Shown here piece after piece: positions 48,712 through 58,207 of a DNA stretch of 64,000 bases. The notes beneath the pieces were generated by a model that was not told the origin of the DNA, searched no databases, and worked only from the letters and a program-made list of their open reading frames with translations. Where the stretch lies: positions 5,758 to 69,757 of the IMG/VR virus record IMGVR_UViG_2627854090_000004; one strand, written 5' to 3'. This DNA is from a virus. Its lineage: Duplodnaviria > Caudoviricetes. The translations under genes and the position numbers were made by a program. How positions within the stretch are numbered: position 1 is the stretch's first letter; the number at the start of each line of letters is the position of its first letter.

Positions 48712-49605
48712 CTATATTTTTGATATTAATTCATCCGTTATTTTTTCAGCAGAATTAACTAACTCAGAATATGTGGAATTTTCTCGTACCTCATCAATCA
48801 TTATAAATTTCGTTGATATTGATGGAATATGAGGAAAAGTACTTGTAAAGAATTCAATATCTCCTCTAAATTCTTCTTTTAAATATTTCATTCTGTCCTC
48901 TTCCGCTTTTATTTTCTTATGAACTAGAGTAAATATAACCCCTAATCTTTTTAGCTTTCTTCCTGTCATTTTATATACAGTATCATTTGTAATCTTTTCA
49001 TCTATTTGTTCTTCTAATAATTTTATCCCTATTGATGAATACAAGTCAACTTTGCTAGGTATCACATAATAATCAGAAGCAAATAAACTAGAATGAGTTA
49101 ATATCGACCATGTTGGAGGACAATCAATAAAAATATAATCATACTTTTCCAAAATATGATTGTCAGCAAAATGTTTAGTTAATACGCCAACTTTATTAGC
49201 ATTATCCCCTGGAATTTCTTTTGACACTTTTAAATCTCCTGGTATAAAATATAAATTGTCAGAAACTTTTTGATCAAGTCCCGAATTTGGAAGTGGTTCT
49301 ACAATATTTGTTTTTTCAAATAATTGAAGTACAGTCTTTTTATTATTTGACAGTTCTTTATAATATTCTGTTGATTTAATCTCTTGGTTAACTAAAACTT
49401 CTTCATTGTCAAAATTTGCTTCTCCTGAATTTACAAGCCTTGTTTTATATAAAAGTAGGCTTTGAGTTGCATTAAATTGTGGATCCATATCTACTATTAG
49501 TACTCGCTTACCTTTTTTAGCCAGCTCATTTCCTATATTAATAGTTAATGTTGTTTTACCAACTCCACCTTTCATATTAACAAAAGATATTACCTTAGCA
49601 TTCAT
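48712..49605 (-). CDS. ParA/Soj-family ATPase (orphan)
   Basis: MKGGVGKTT, DMDPQFNAT, IDCPP. Confidence 0.92.
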   Translation of the reverse strand: MNAKVISFVNMKGGVGKTTLTINIGNELAKKGKRVLIVDMDPQFNATQSLLLYKTRLVNSGEANFDNEEVLVNQEIKSTEYYKELSNNKKTVLQLFEKTNIVEPLPNSGLDQKVSDNLYFIPGDLKVSKEIPGDNANKVGVLTKHFADNHILEKYDYIFIDCPPTWSILTHSSLFASDYYVIPSKVDLYSSIGIKLLEEQIDEKITNDTVYKMTGRKLKRLGVIFTLVHKKIKAEEDRMKYLKEEFRGDIEFFTSTFPHIPSISTKFIMIDEVRENSTYSELVNSAEKITDELISKI

Positions 49606-49682
49606 AAATTACATCCCCTTTAACATATTTATATAAATGTTTCTCCATTATTTTCTATATTCCTGCTAATTTTTACAAAAAA

Positions 49683-49713
49683 TAAAAAGAACTCGCATAT
49701 TACGAATTCTTTT
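49683..49713 (-). terminator. Terminator after late activator
   Basis: AAAAAGAA.TCG...CGA.TTCTTTT. Confidence 0.55.
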
Positions 49714-50264
49714 CACCTATCGCCATACAATCCTTCCCACTTCACAATATCCTCTAGTATCTCCTCACGCCTCCTGTAAGCAGTGCTCCTTACACCACCA
49801 TACATTTCATTGGCTATATAATTTATACTCTTACTCAGCTTATATTTATAAATGACAAAATCCATCATCTCTTTAGATAGTGGAGGAACCGTAAGTACTT
49901 TCTTCAAATGTGTTATACTTCTGTTTAATTTTCTTATCCTAGCCCTGTTCCTGAGCAGCTTTCTTCTAACATAGTCAAGTTCATCCTCAAGTTTTTCAAT
50001 TTCTCGTATAATGCCCTTCTCTGCCACTCCTTCACCTGTAGGACTCGTCTGTACTCTCTCACTAAAACTAGGACTCATATGGCTATCTGAACTAACATAA
50101 ACATTACAATGTTCTATATCCCATTCAATATTTTTCTCCTGGTCCTGAAGATCCCGACAGTCTATTTCCAAAAGCTCTATCTCTTTAAGATCTCTAAAAT
50201 AGCCATATAACTGTCCTTCTGTCTTTTTAAATATCTCCTTGTCTAACACAACGGTCCCTCCCAC
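49713..50264 (-). CDS. RinA/ArpU-like late transcriptional activator
   Basis: F...E..LY.Y N-terminus, coiled coil, KY...S...IA......STAYR HTH. Confidence 0.75.
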   Translation of the reverse strand: MGGTVVLDKEIFKKTEGQLYGYFRDLKEIELLEIDCRDLQDQEKNIEWDIEHCNVYVSSDSHMSPSFSERVQTSPTGEGVAEKGIIREIEKLEDELDYVRRKLLRNRARIRKLNRSITHLKKVLTVPPLSKEMMDFVIYKYKLSKSINYIANEMYGGVRSTAYRRREEILEDIVKWEGLYGDR

Positions 50265-51177
50265 CTATTTATTACTTATGTCTATAAAAAGCTCTGCTGC
50301 ATGTCACTTTTCTTATCTACATTGTTCTCAATCTTATCTATTTTCTCTTTGAGTATCTCTTTATGTTTCTCCGAAGTACTATATTCCAAAGAAAGTTTTA
50401 ATCTCTCTAGTTCAGTTAATTCTTCCATGATTTCACTTCCTGTCATGTATAATAAATTGATTTTCCGAACATACTATAAATGTTTCTCCCATTTTGTTTT
50501 TATGCATTACCAGGATTTTTCCTCCTGGTCTTTTTTTATTTTGTATAATACATAAAATTTCCAGTATAATATATCTGGTTTTTGTGCATCCTATTTCACA
50601 TAAGGTTATTAATATATTAAATCTATTAATATTAATGTTTACATAAACTAAAATATTATGCTGAAGTATATTGATAGTTACCTTTATACTGGGGATGATG
50701 AATCCCCAGTATTTCAATAATTGTAGTTCTCCTATTAATCATTGCTTTGCCAGGATTTCACCCCTGGCTTTTTTATTTACAGTTTTTGGATTGTAACTTA
50801 AATTTGATTTTTATAATCTTCTAATAAATTAATTGCAGTAGTTAATGTAAAATATCCTGTTGTCCTTTTTTCAAAATTATTTTTCATTTCTTCTAATATT
50901 TCAACGGTATCATTAATTTTTGATATTAACATATCTTTGTTTTTACAATCTTCCATTTGATTTAAAGACCTCCTAATTCAAGTTTATTTTTAATACGCAA
51001 TAATTTCACATTACTTACTTTCACACTCCTCAATCCTTTTCCTAATCTCAACCTTCTCACTCTCCAACCTGGCCACTCTCTTAAAGTCCTTCTCCAGCTC
51101 TGCATCCTGAATTTCACTATTTATCTTTATTAGTTTTTGTTTCCAAAATTCAACCATTAACATTTTCATACCTCCAA

Positions 51178-51564
51178 TTATTTATCAAACATATTCATCT
51201 GTGAATCCCTTACTGGAACCTCAACGTACTCACCATCACCATTTTTAACCAGTTCTTTTTGTCCTATATATTCTCCATCAGTCTTATCTGTTTTCTTTAA
51301 TGTTGTTGTAATAGCATGTTTTATGTCAAGGCTTCTATATTCATATCTCTTATTAGTCAGTTCACCATTTTTTATCACAACAAAATCTTCTGAATTGTCC
51401 TTAGTTCCAAGAGTTATCTTTAAAGTTATATCTCCACTTGCGAAATCTTTTCCATCGTAAATTTTATCCATTATAGCCTTTATCCTGACATCTAAAGAAT
51501 CAAATATTATTTTGAATGCAGGGTTATTAATATCAACATTTTGCATATTCCTTTTATTTTCCAT
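51178..51564 (-). CDS. Phage hypothetical protein
   Basis: G.ITLKI motif; C-terminal QMNMF clamp-binding-like motif. Confidence 0.65.
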   Translation of the reverse strand: MENKRNMQNVDINNPAFKIIFDSLDVRIKAIMDKIYDGKDFASGDITLKITLGTKDNSEDFVVIKNGELTNKRYEYRSLDIKHAITTTLKKTDKTDGEYIGQKELVKNGDGEYVEVPVRDSQMNMFDK

Positions 51565-51973
51565 TTTTCTTACTCTCCCTTCTCTTTTTCTGAAGCTCCT
51601 TGAAGTCAATCCATCCGTATCTATCTCCGTATTTTAATGACCTTGCTACCCATTTAAAATCCATATCTGGATGCAGGGATTTTAGTAGTTTAAATTTGAA
51701 CTCACCCTGTTGTGTACTAAAGCCTTTGACATCAACATAAGTTTCAGTTCCATCAAGGTTATATATTAAAAAATCAAGCGTATATGTGGCTGGCCTTTCT
51801 GTTTTTCCTTTGTATTTAAACTTTGGTATCAGTGTAAATTTAGGCTGTAACTCAAAGTTTTTTATCATTCCATAAGCTTTAAGATGTTTGAGGTACTCAT
51901 AATATTTTGCTTCATCTTTGCTTTGAAATTTTATTCCGTCTACTACAATCCAATCATTTTTATATTTGTTCAA
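51554..51973 (-). CDS. DUF1064 family PD-(D/E)xK nuclease-like protein
   Basis: VDGIKF.S..EA.YY, ELQP.F.L, Y..DF, DVKG. Confidence 0.88.
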   Translation of the reverse strand: MNKYKNDWIVVDGIKFQSKDEAKYYEYLKHLKAYGMIKNFELQPKFTLIPKFKYKGKTERPATYTLDFLIYNLDGTETYVDVKGFSTQQGEFKFKLLKSLHPDMDFKWVARSLKYGDRYGWIDFKELQKKRRESKKNGK

Positions 51974-52592
51974 GCTTCTTCCCCCTTTGTGGAGGAATTA
52001 ATATATTTTCGTTCTTAATTCCTAAATGATATCTATATTTCAGCAACGAATAGCTTAAGTTGCTTTGCTCCGATAAATCCTGTAAATCAATTTTTGTTCC
52101 TTTAATTTCTACGAATAGACTATTCCTTTTATTTCTATCTTGCATTTTCCTTGTAACCCATCTGCAATTAGACGGTTCATAATTTCCATAAGGATCTATT
52201 CTGTCTATAGATAAACCTTTTTTATAGCTAGCGCTCAGAGCCCAGTTTTTAAATGGGATAAAGTTATTCCATTCTTTTGTGACTCTAACTCCTTTAGCCC
52301 CATAAGATTTATAGTTTACGCATTTTTTGTTCTTGCACCTGCTTAACATGTCAGCCCATATTTTATATAATTTTGTTTTATAATATCCATGTTTAGTTAT
52401 CTTGTCTATTTTTAAACAACCACATGATTTAGTATCTCCTCTTAGAAGATTAAATCCTGTTGTCTCTATTTCTCTTCCGCAATCGCATTTACATAAATAT
52501 ATAACTCTTTTGCTGTTATTTCTTTTCCCCGTATCTTTAAGAACAATAAGCCTCTCAAATCTCATGCCAGTCAGGTTTCTGTATTTTCCCAT
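51960..52592 (-). CDS. HNH-type homing-endonuclease-like protein
   Basis: CKCDCG, SCGC, M..RC, YG..G, SIDRID..GNYEP.NCRW. Confidence 0.85.
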   Translation of the reverse strand: MGKYRNLTGMRFERLIVLKDTGKRNNSKRVIYLCKCDCGREIETTGFNLLRGDTKSCGCLKIDKITKHGYYKTKLYKIWADMLSRCKNKKCVNYKSYGAKGVRVTKEWNNFIPFKNWALSASYKKGLSIDRIDPYGNYEPSNCRWVTRKMQDRNKRNSLFVEIKGTKIDLQDLSEQSNLSYSLLKYRYHLGIKNENILIPPQRGKKLEQI

Positions 52593-52651
52593 TTATAAAA
52601 ACTCCTTTCAGCATATGCCATCTACAACTATTTTTTCAGACTTATATTTAC

Positions 52652-53350
52652 TCACACAATCACTTCTTTCAGCTCTTTGAGTTCTGCAATGAAATCATCA
52701 ATATCCTTTTTGCCTATAGGGATTGTGTTACTGGAATTCCCCTGCCTTAAAAGGAATCCTTCATCTTGAATCTCATAGTTCATTACCTTACCTTGAAGCA
52801 GTGCTATTTTTAATAATTTCTTAGGTTTTGGTTTTTCATATTCAGTGTTTTCACATAACTCATTCATCTCTTCTTCTGTCAATCTTTCATCCTTTTTAAC
52901 CTCAGACACTTTTGTCTCCTCCTTTGGTTTTACCTCTACATGTTCTCTATTTTCTAATGATTTATCTATATTTTTTAATAATTCGTCTATTCTAAATTTT
53001 GCAGTATGTTCTTCTAGTCTAAATTTATCTGCAATACATTTAATCATTTCAGGTGTTTCAGCAAGATAGCTAAAATTATGTTTCTTTAACTCCTCAACTA
53101 TCATTTCATCCGTTAGACTTTCTTTCTTTTTCACAACTTTGGGTTTGCCTTTATCCCTTGGATTGTGATTGATTCCTTGGATAGCTCCATCCATATATTC
53201 TTTTTTCCATGCATAGTAATAGGTCTTTACTGACATCTTGGTTATCTTAAATTCTCTTGCTGCATCTGCTATTAATTCATCCCTGCCTTTATCATCATTT
53301 TCACTAAAATACACAAAGCATTTTTCTTTATTGGTTAATCCTTTACCCAC
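52652..53350 (-). CDS. Phage hypothetical protein
   Basis: 232-aa ORF in early operon. Confidence 0.65.
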   Translation of the reverse strand: MGKGLTNKEKCFVYFSENDDKGRDELIADAAREFKITKMSVKTYYYAWKKEYMDGAIQGINHNPRDKGKPKVVKKKESLTDEMIVEELKKHNFSYLAETPEMIKCIADKFRLEEHTAKFRIDELLKNIDKSLENREHVEVKPKEETKVSEVKKDERLTEEEMNELCENTEYEKPKPKKLLKIALLQGKVMNYEIQDEGFLLRQGNSSNTIPIGKKDIDDFIAELKELKEVIV

Positions 53351-53476
53351 TTTTCCTCACTCCTATTCTCTGAACTCGCGTATAGCCATTTTAAGCTTGT
53401 TTTAATTTCAATACATATAAATATACTGCTTGTACTATTTTCCTTTAAATTTGCCCTTATTTCGACTAAATTTTTG

Positions 53477-53740
53477 CTATTCCATAAGTTTATCTAACCT
53501 GTCAATTTTCATATTCAAGTTATTATTCATCTTCTCCATGTCGTAAATATTAAACAGCTGCTCAATCATAATTAACACGTCTGCGATTTCCTCCTCGACG
53601 TTGTGCTTTTTCCCCCTAAGGTCTTTACTAAGAGCCTGGATAAGTTCTGCACACTCTTCTTGTGCCAGTTGCTTACGTGAAGTCTCTCCAAAATACTGGA
53701 CTGCATGTTTGCACACTTTTTTAAATTTATCTATGTCCAC
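53477..53740 (-). CDS. MazG-like nucleotide pyrophosphohydrolase
   Basis: EECAELIQAL, EEIADV. Confidence 0.8.
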   Translation of the reverse strand: MDIDKFKKVCKHAVQYFGETSRKQLAQEECAELIQALSKDLRGKKHNVEEEIADVLIMIEQLFNIYDMEKMNNNLNMKIDRLDKLME

Positions 53741-53749
53741 CTGTTTACC

Positions 53750-54550
53750 TCACTTTTTACTAAAATTTCTCATTCTGTAATTGTATTGCTGACCTTTAAA
53801 GATCGTTATGTTGTCTCCGCAGGATTCAAGTATCCTTCCCGCCAGTGCCTCGTCTAAATCCATGAGCACGTCAGGTTTGCACTCTGTGCTTATAATAATT
53901 GGCAGGTGGTTCAAGTACCTGTAATTTATAATTGGCATTATGTGCTTTATATCAGCCTCATTCAGACATGCTTTATTTCCGTATCTGTCTTTTATGAGCT
54001 GTCCATTTTTGACTTTGTCCTTGAACAGATCGTCTATTATGAGCACCTTTGCCTTCTGGTACCTGCCTAAAAGCCTTAAGTAATATTCATCATCATTCAC
54101 GTTTGACTTTAGCTCTCTCATAGCTTCAAGATAAGGCATATACACCACTTGGACTGGATTTTCTTTTTTCAAAAGAGCTGCTCCTATAGCAATCACAATA
54201 TGGCTTTTCCCTGCCCCTGGTTGTCCAAATAATCCAAAGCTGTTCTTCTCTGTGTTCCTGATGTTTTCAAAGTCCTGTATATAAGCTATAGCTTTATTTT
54301 TAGCCTCCTTTGTCGGATCGTCATAAGGCTTGTAATCATTCAAGGTCTTTACCTTAGCAGGATTTACACCAAAGTTTTTCCAGAGCCTTAATACCTGCTC
54401 TTTTTTATAACACTGGCACCTTTTATATCCTGCATCTGTCTGTACCCATCCAGTGTCCTGGCATTCGGAGCATTTATATACAACAGGCTTATCCTCCGAA
54501 CCTTGAGAAGTCATACGGACTTGACTCAGTATTCTGTCCAGTACTTGCAT
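53750..54550 (-). CDS. DnaC/IstB-like helicase loader
   Basis: CSECQDTGW, CQC, GQPGAGKS, LIIDDL. Confidence 0.9.
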   Translation of the reverse strand: MQVLDRILSQVRMTSQGSEDKPVVYKCSECQDTGWVQTDAGYKRCQCYKKEQVLRLWKNFGVNPAKVKTLNDYKPYDDPTKEAKNKAIAYIQDFENIRNTEKNSFGLFGQPGAGKSHIVIAIGAALLKKENPVQVVYMPYLEAMRELKSNVNDDEYYLRLLGRYQKAKVLIIDDLFKDKVKNGQLIKDRYGNKACLNEADIKHIMPIINYRYLNHLPIIISTECKPDVLMDLDEALAGRILESCGDNITIFKGQQYNYRMRNFSKK

Positions 54551-55346
54551 GTTTACTACCTCCATCCTTCTTGGATTTTTCATACTTCCAGAGCTTTTTT
54601 ATGGGTCCTACACAATAGCAAAAAGAATTTATTTTGTCCTCAGGAGTATCAGGCTTGTATTTGTCAAAAGCATAATCTATCCCCTTGAGAACTGTTTCGA
54701 GGATCGGTACCTCTTTGCAGACTTCCTGAGCTGCTTCTCTTTCGCGTATTCTTAATTCGGTATCTGGCTTACCTGTTTTTTCACAGAAATAATCCAAGGC
54801 CATCACCCAATGCTCTTTTTCTTTATTTTCTTTTTTGATAATAATATTATCTGTGTCTGTATCTGTGTCTATTAATGTGGCACGATCTACGGAAGTATCT
54901 CCGGCACGACCTGCGGAAGTACCTACGGAAGTAACTGCGGAACTCATTTCCGTGGAAGTTTTTTCCTCGGAATTCATTTCCTTAGGTTGTTCCGGGGGAC
55001 TGACATCAGTATTCGAGAACGGTACCCGTTTTACTGATGAATTTTTGTTAAAACCATTTATACCTGTTTCGAAAGATATAATTGTATATATGGGAGCTTT
55101 TCCTCCAACTCTACTTCTGAAATCAATTCTCCCTTTTTGCTTTAATTCATTCCTTGCATTTCTTACTCCCCTGCCTGATAAGCCTGTCTTAATACTTAAC
55201 ACCGATTCGGCTACCGTAAATGTTTCTACCCATGCAGCTTTGTTGTTTATGTGCATTAATGCGTACCATAGAGCAACTGCTGATGTCGATAGTTCGTTTA
55301 GTTCGAGCCAATCATAGAAAGCATTAATTTCACTTATATATTTCAT
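54489..55346 (-). CDS. Replication initiator protein
   Basis: Y..EINAFYDW, LWYALM.I.N, ARNEL...G.I wHTH; internal iterons. Confidence 0.85.
   Translation of the reverse strand: MKYISEINAFYDWLELNELSTSAVALWYALMHINNKAAWVETFTVAESVLSIKTGLSGRGVRNARNELKQKGRIDFRSRVGGKAPIYTIISFETGINGFNKNSSVKRVPFSNTDVSPPEQPKEMNSEEKTSTEMSSAVTSVGTSAGRAGDTSVDRATLIDTDTDTDNIIIKKENKEKEHWVMALDYFCEKTGKPDTELRIREREAAQEVCKEVPILETVLKGIDYAFDKYKPDTPEDKINSFCYCVGPIKKLWKYEKSKKDGGSKHASTGQNTESSPYDFSRFGG
54879..54982. repeat. Replication-origin iterons inside initiator gene
   Basis: GGCACGA.CT.CGGAAGTA.CT twice plus further 12-bp CT.CGGAA units. Confidence 0.7.
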
Positions 55347-55500
55347 GTGAGCACCTCTCAGGAATTTTAAATCAGACTGCTAGATCGGTACTAGCATGTC
55401 TAGTTTAAAATTTTTCAATTGTTTTACTTATCTAGTACAAATCAAAATATCTCTTCTAGTCTTAAGTTCCATCTGTCTATACTCTTCATCAACCTCAAAA

Positions 55501-56363
55501 TCAAAAGGGTAAATCACTATCATCTACTGGTGGAATATCTTCCTGCTGTGGTTCATTAGGAACATCATCAGATTTACTGTTTTTACTGCTGAGAACCATT
55601 GAGCATGCTTTTCTCATGGAAGCATCTTTGGCATTTTTAGCTAGCCATTCAATATAATCTGGAGCCTCAGACATTATCTGTCCAAGTGTCTTTCCTTTGT
55701 GCTTTCCGAACTTAACCTGAATGTTTACTACTTCATCAGCCTTCATATTCTCTATGTTTTCTCTTTCCTGGAACTGAGTCATATCCTCAATATCCTGTGT
55801 AAATATTTCTGAAAGACTTGCTACTGTAAGTGTTGCATCTATCTGTGCTCTTTTCTTTGCCATTTTAAGTATTGTGTTGGCCTGGCTATATATATCGTCA
55901 TTCTCAATCTTATATTTTGTGGTACCATAATTATTCGTTTTACTCTTTAAAGTAGTTATATCTGATCCTATAGGTAAATCATCTTCTTTGGCCCATCTCC
56001 AACGATACTTGTCCTCCTTGGAATTGCAACTTCCAACGCCCTCAGTTATCTTTTGGCCATTTTTTCTTAATATGCACTTGATGGTATATGCAAATACTCC
56101 CTTATCATAATCTTCAATTTTTTCAATTATGTCATATTCACTTGTAAGCCCCATAAGCATAAGCACTTTTCCGCACCTGGTTTAAGTAAAGTTGGCTTTG
56201 TAACTCCTCCGATTTCGCCATAGTCATGTCCTTTTTTTAATGTTTTCTGAACTATTGATTGAAACTGTGCTATCTTACCTAATGTATTTCTTACCTCGCC
56301 TATTTCTACACTGTCCAATAAACTTATTACCTGGTTCTGTGATTTCATTAATGTATTTTCCAT
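55501..56363 (-). pseudogene. Putative recombination (ssDNA-annealing) gene split by 1-bp frameshift near 56168
   Basis: KPTLLKPGAEK continues as VLMLMGL in another frame; later LKMAKKRA.IDA, FTQD, FGKHKG. Confidence 0.7.
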
Positions 56364-56377
56364 AAATAATTTCCTCC

Positions 56378-56866
56378 CTATCTGATTCTTAAACTTGTAC
56401 TCTGTTTTATCTCTACACCATCTATCTTTACATCCTGCTTAAGGTCTGCTAATATGGCCTTTTTATCAAGTTTGTAAGGTTGATGTACTTTATATTTTTC
56501 TGGAACATCATCTTCATTTATAACATTCACACTAGGAGCATTTTTTTGAATTGCCAGTGTAAATAATGTACCTTTGATTTTTTTCTTGCCTGTAGTCTGC
56601 ATCTGTTCATAAATGTAATTCTTCAAACCTTTTACTCTGTTTTCTACAATTCTTTTTCTCTCCTGCAGCCTTTCAATTTCTTTTTTAATTCCGTCACTAT
56701 CTGAATTCATAGCACTTATAACCTTTGCTACATTCTCTACTTTCAAATCAAATTCTTCATCTATTTCATTAAGAGCCTTCTTTATTTCTCCATTTGGAAG
56801 CTCCGGATTATCTAAAAGTACCTGAATATTTTTATATCTTTCACTTATTTCATATAATTTGCTCAT
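56378..56866 (-). CDS. Siphovirus Gp157 family protein
   Basis: LYEI, K.ENVA..I, EI.RLQERK, IQKN.PS, SLRIR. Confidence 0.88.
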   Translation of the reverse strand: MSKLYEISERYKNIQVLLDNPELPNGEIKKALNEIDEEFDLKVENVAKVISAMNSDSDGIKKEIERLQERKRIVENRVKGLKNYIYEQMQTTGKKKIKGTLFTLAIQKNAPSVNVINEDDVPEKYKVHQPYKLDKKAILADLKQDVKIDGVEIKQSTSLRIR

Positions 56867-57059
56867 ATTTATCCTCCTCTTTAATCTCCTCAAGTTCCCA
56901 TGGTCCATATACAGTCCTATCAAATACTCCGAATTCATCAGAAGATAGTAAACATAATCCATGTTGTCCTATTTGAATTACCTTAGCTGTTATGTCTGTA
57001 TCTTTTATTTTCACTTTACTTTTTATTTTCATGATCTTCCCCCTTTTTACAATCATCAC
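56850..57059 (-). CDS. Small phage protein
   Basis: ORF in early operon. Confidence 0.45.
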   Translation of the reverse strand: MMIVKRGKIMKIKSKVKIKDTDITAKVIQIGQHGLCLLSSDEFGVFDRTVYGPWELEEIKEEDKYEQII

Positions 57060-57183
57060 ATAATCGTGGATATCCTGGACCAGGCAATAATTTATCAGTA
57101 CCCTCTTGAATTAAATCTTCTATTAAGCATCCACATTTTTCACACAGAATACCTTCCATAACCAATTCAGATATTTCTCCCAT
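57016..57183 (-). CDS. Small CxxC protein (below ORF-track cutoff)
   Basis: MGEISELVMEGILCEKCG...GYPRLCDDC with GGAGG RBS. Confidence 0.6.
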   Translation of the reverse strand: MGEISELVMEGILCEKCGCLIEDLIQEGTDKLLPGPGYPRLCDDCKKGEDHENKK

Positions 57184-57279
57184 TATTGGATTACCTCCAT
57201 ATTTGATTTTTCTCTCATTTCACGATAAAATGAGATTAACGATTTATTATTTTTGGCTCTTTTTATAAGAGCTCTCTTT

Positions 57280-57477
57280 TTATCTAAGTAAATTCTTAAC
57301 CTGTTCATCTGTAGCAGTGTCAATCTCTCCAATTGTCTTACCTGTTTCAGTATCATACAGTTCATCTCCATCAAGTTCTATTGCATTACGTTTAACCTTG
57401 CCTACTGCTTTCCAAAAAGAATATCCTTCAAAATATGCTTTCACTATTATTTCAGCCTTTCTTAAGTTAAGGTCCAT
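57280..57477 (-). CDS. Small phage protein
   Basis: ORF following YopX gene. Confidence 0.5.
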   Translation of the reverse strand: MDLNLRKAEIIVKAYFEGYSFWKAVGKVKRNAIELDGDELYDTETGKTIGEIDTATDEQVKNLLR

Positions 57478-57479
57478 TT

Positions 57480-57839
57480 TTACTCACCTTCTTTCAAAAG
57501 CTCTTGATTCTCATAGACATTGCCGATAACTTCTACCCTAAAGTCGGCAACATATCTATATAAAGATTTCCACCATGTATCACCGTCTATATTTTGTTTT
57601 AAACGCCATGCGCCCGCATAAAAAGCAACAACATAATTAATTGTGCCCTCTGCTACTATATCGCCCTCAAAAATGTCTTTTCCTTTCCTATCTTTCAAAC
57701 CTGTATACTGCATAACTTCAAACGGTCTTTGCTCTGGTGTTCCCGGAAATATCTCCCATGCAGGTAAATCAAATATGTCTCCCCATTCAAGCATCTTTTT
57801 ATTTAAAATATCCCACACTCTAAACTTAATCTCTCTCAT
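57480..57839 (-). CDS. YopX family protein
   Basis: MREIKFRVWD, MQYTGLKD..G..IFEGDI, EVIGNVYEN.ELL. Confidence 0.92.
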   Translation of the reverse strand: MREIKFRVWDILNKKMLEWGDIFDLPAWEIFPGTPEQRPFEVMQYTGLKDRKGKDIFEGDIVAEGTINYVVAFYAGAWRLKQNIDGDTWWKSLYRYVADFRVEVIGNVYENQELLKEGE

Positions 57840-58048
57840 TATTTATATCCCTCCAAACAATCTTCCAAATCTGCTCCATTTAGAAAAGCTAGACAATTTT
57901 TAATGCTCTTGAAATCTTCTGTCCATGCATCATGTGTTGTATTATCTATTCCAGTAAAGAAACCATCACCAGTTATAATAAATCTGCCATATGGTTCTCT
58001 TGTATTAATTATCTTATCTGCCTTTTCTTCAGTAATAGCCTCAATCAT
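57839..58048 (-). CDS. Conserved phage protein
   Basis: GIDN.T.DAWTEDF motif. Confidence 0.65.
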   Translation of the reverse strand: MIEAITEEKADKIINTREPYGRFIITGDGFFTGIDNTTHDAWTEDFKSIKNCLAFLNGADLEDCLEGYK

Positions 58049-58207
58049 CTAATTACCTCCTTTCAAATTACATTAGCCAAAAATATAATTACTGGAATTA
58101 ACAAAACTATTACCAGCTGATTCTTAGAATCATGCTCTTTCTTGCATTTAGAAGTATGATATATAGCTAACGCTATAGTGGCTACTAAACTGTAAGCTCC
58201 TAAAATA

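Noticed and set aside
48712-49605. Plasmid-prophage partition system
   Set aside because: No ParB motif or parS array recognised; the nearby 11-bp repeats fit late-activator sites and the phage has an integrase and att. Not fully excluded
50433-50717. 94-aa ORF as a real gene
   Set aside because: No recognisable features; it runs through hairpins and opposite-strand promoter-terminator units
56160-56175. Programmed frameshift in the recombinase-like gene
   Set aside because: G_GAA_AAG is not a canonical X_XXY_YYZ heptamer; simple 1-bp loss is more parsimonious
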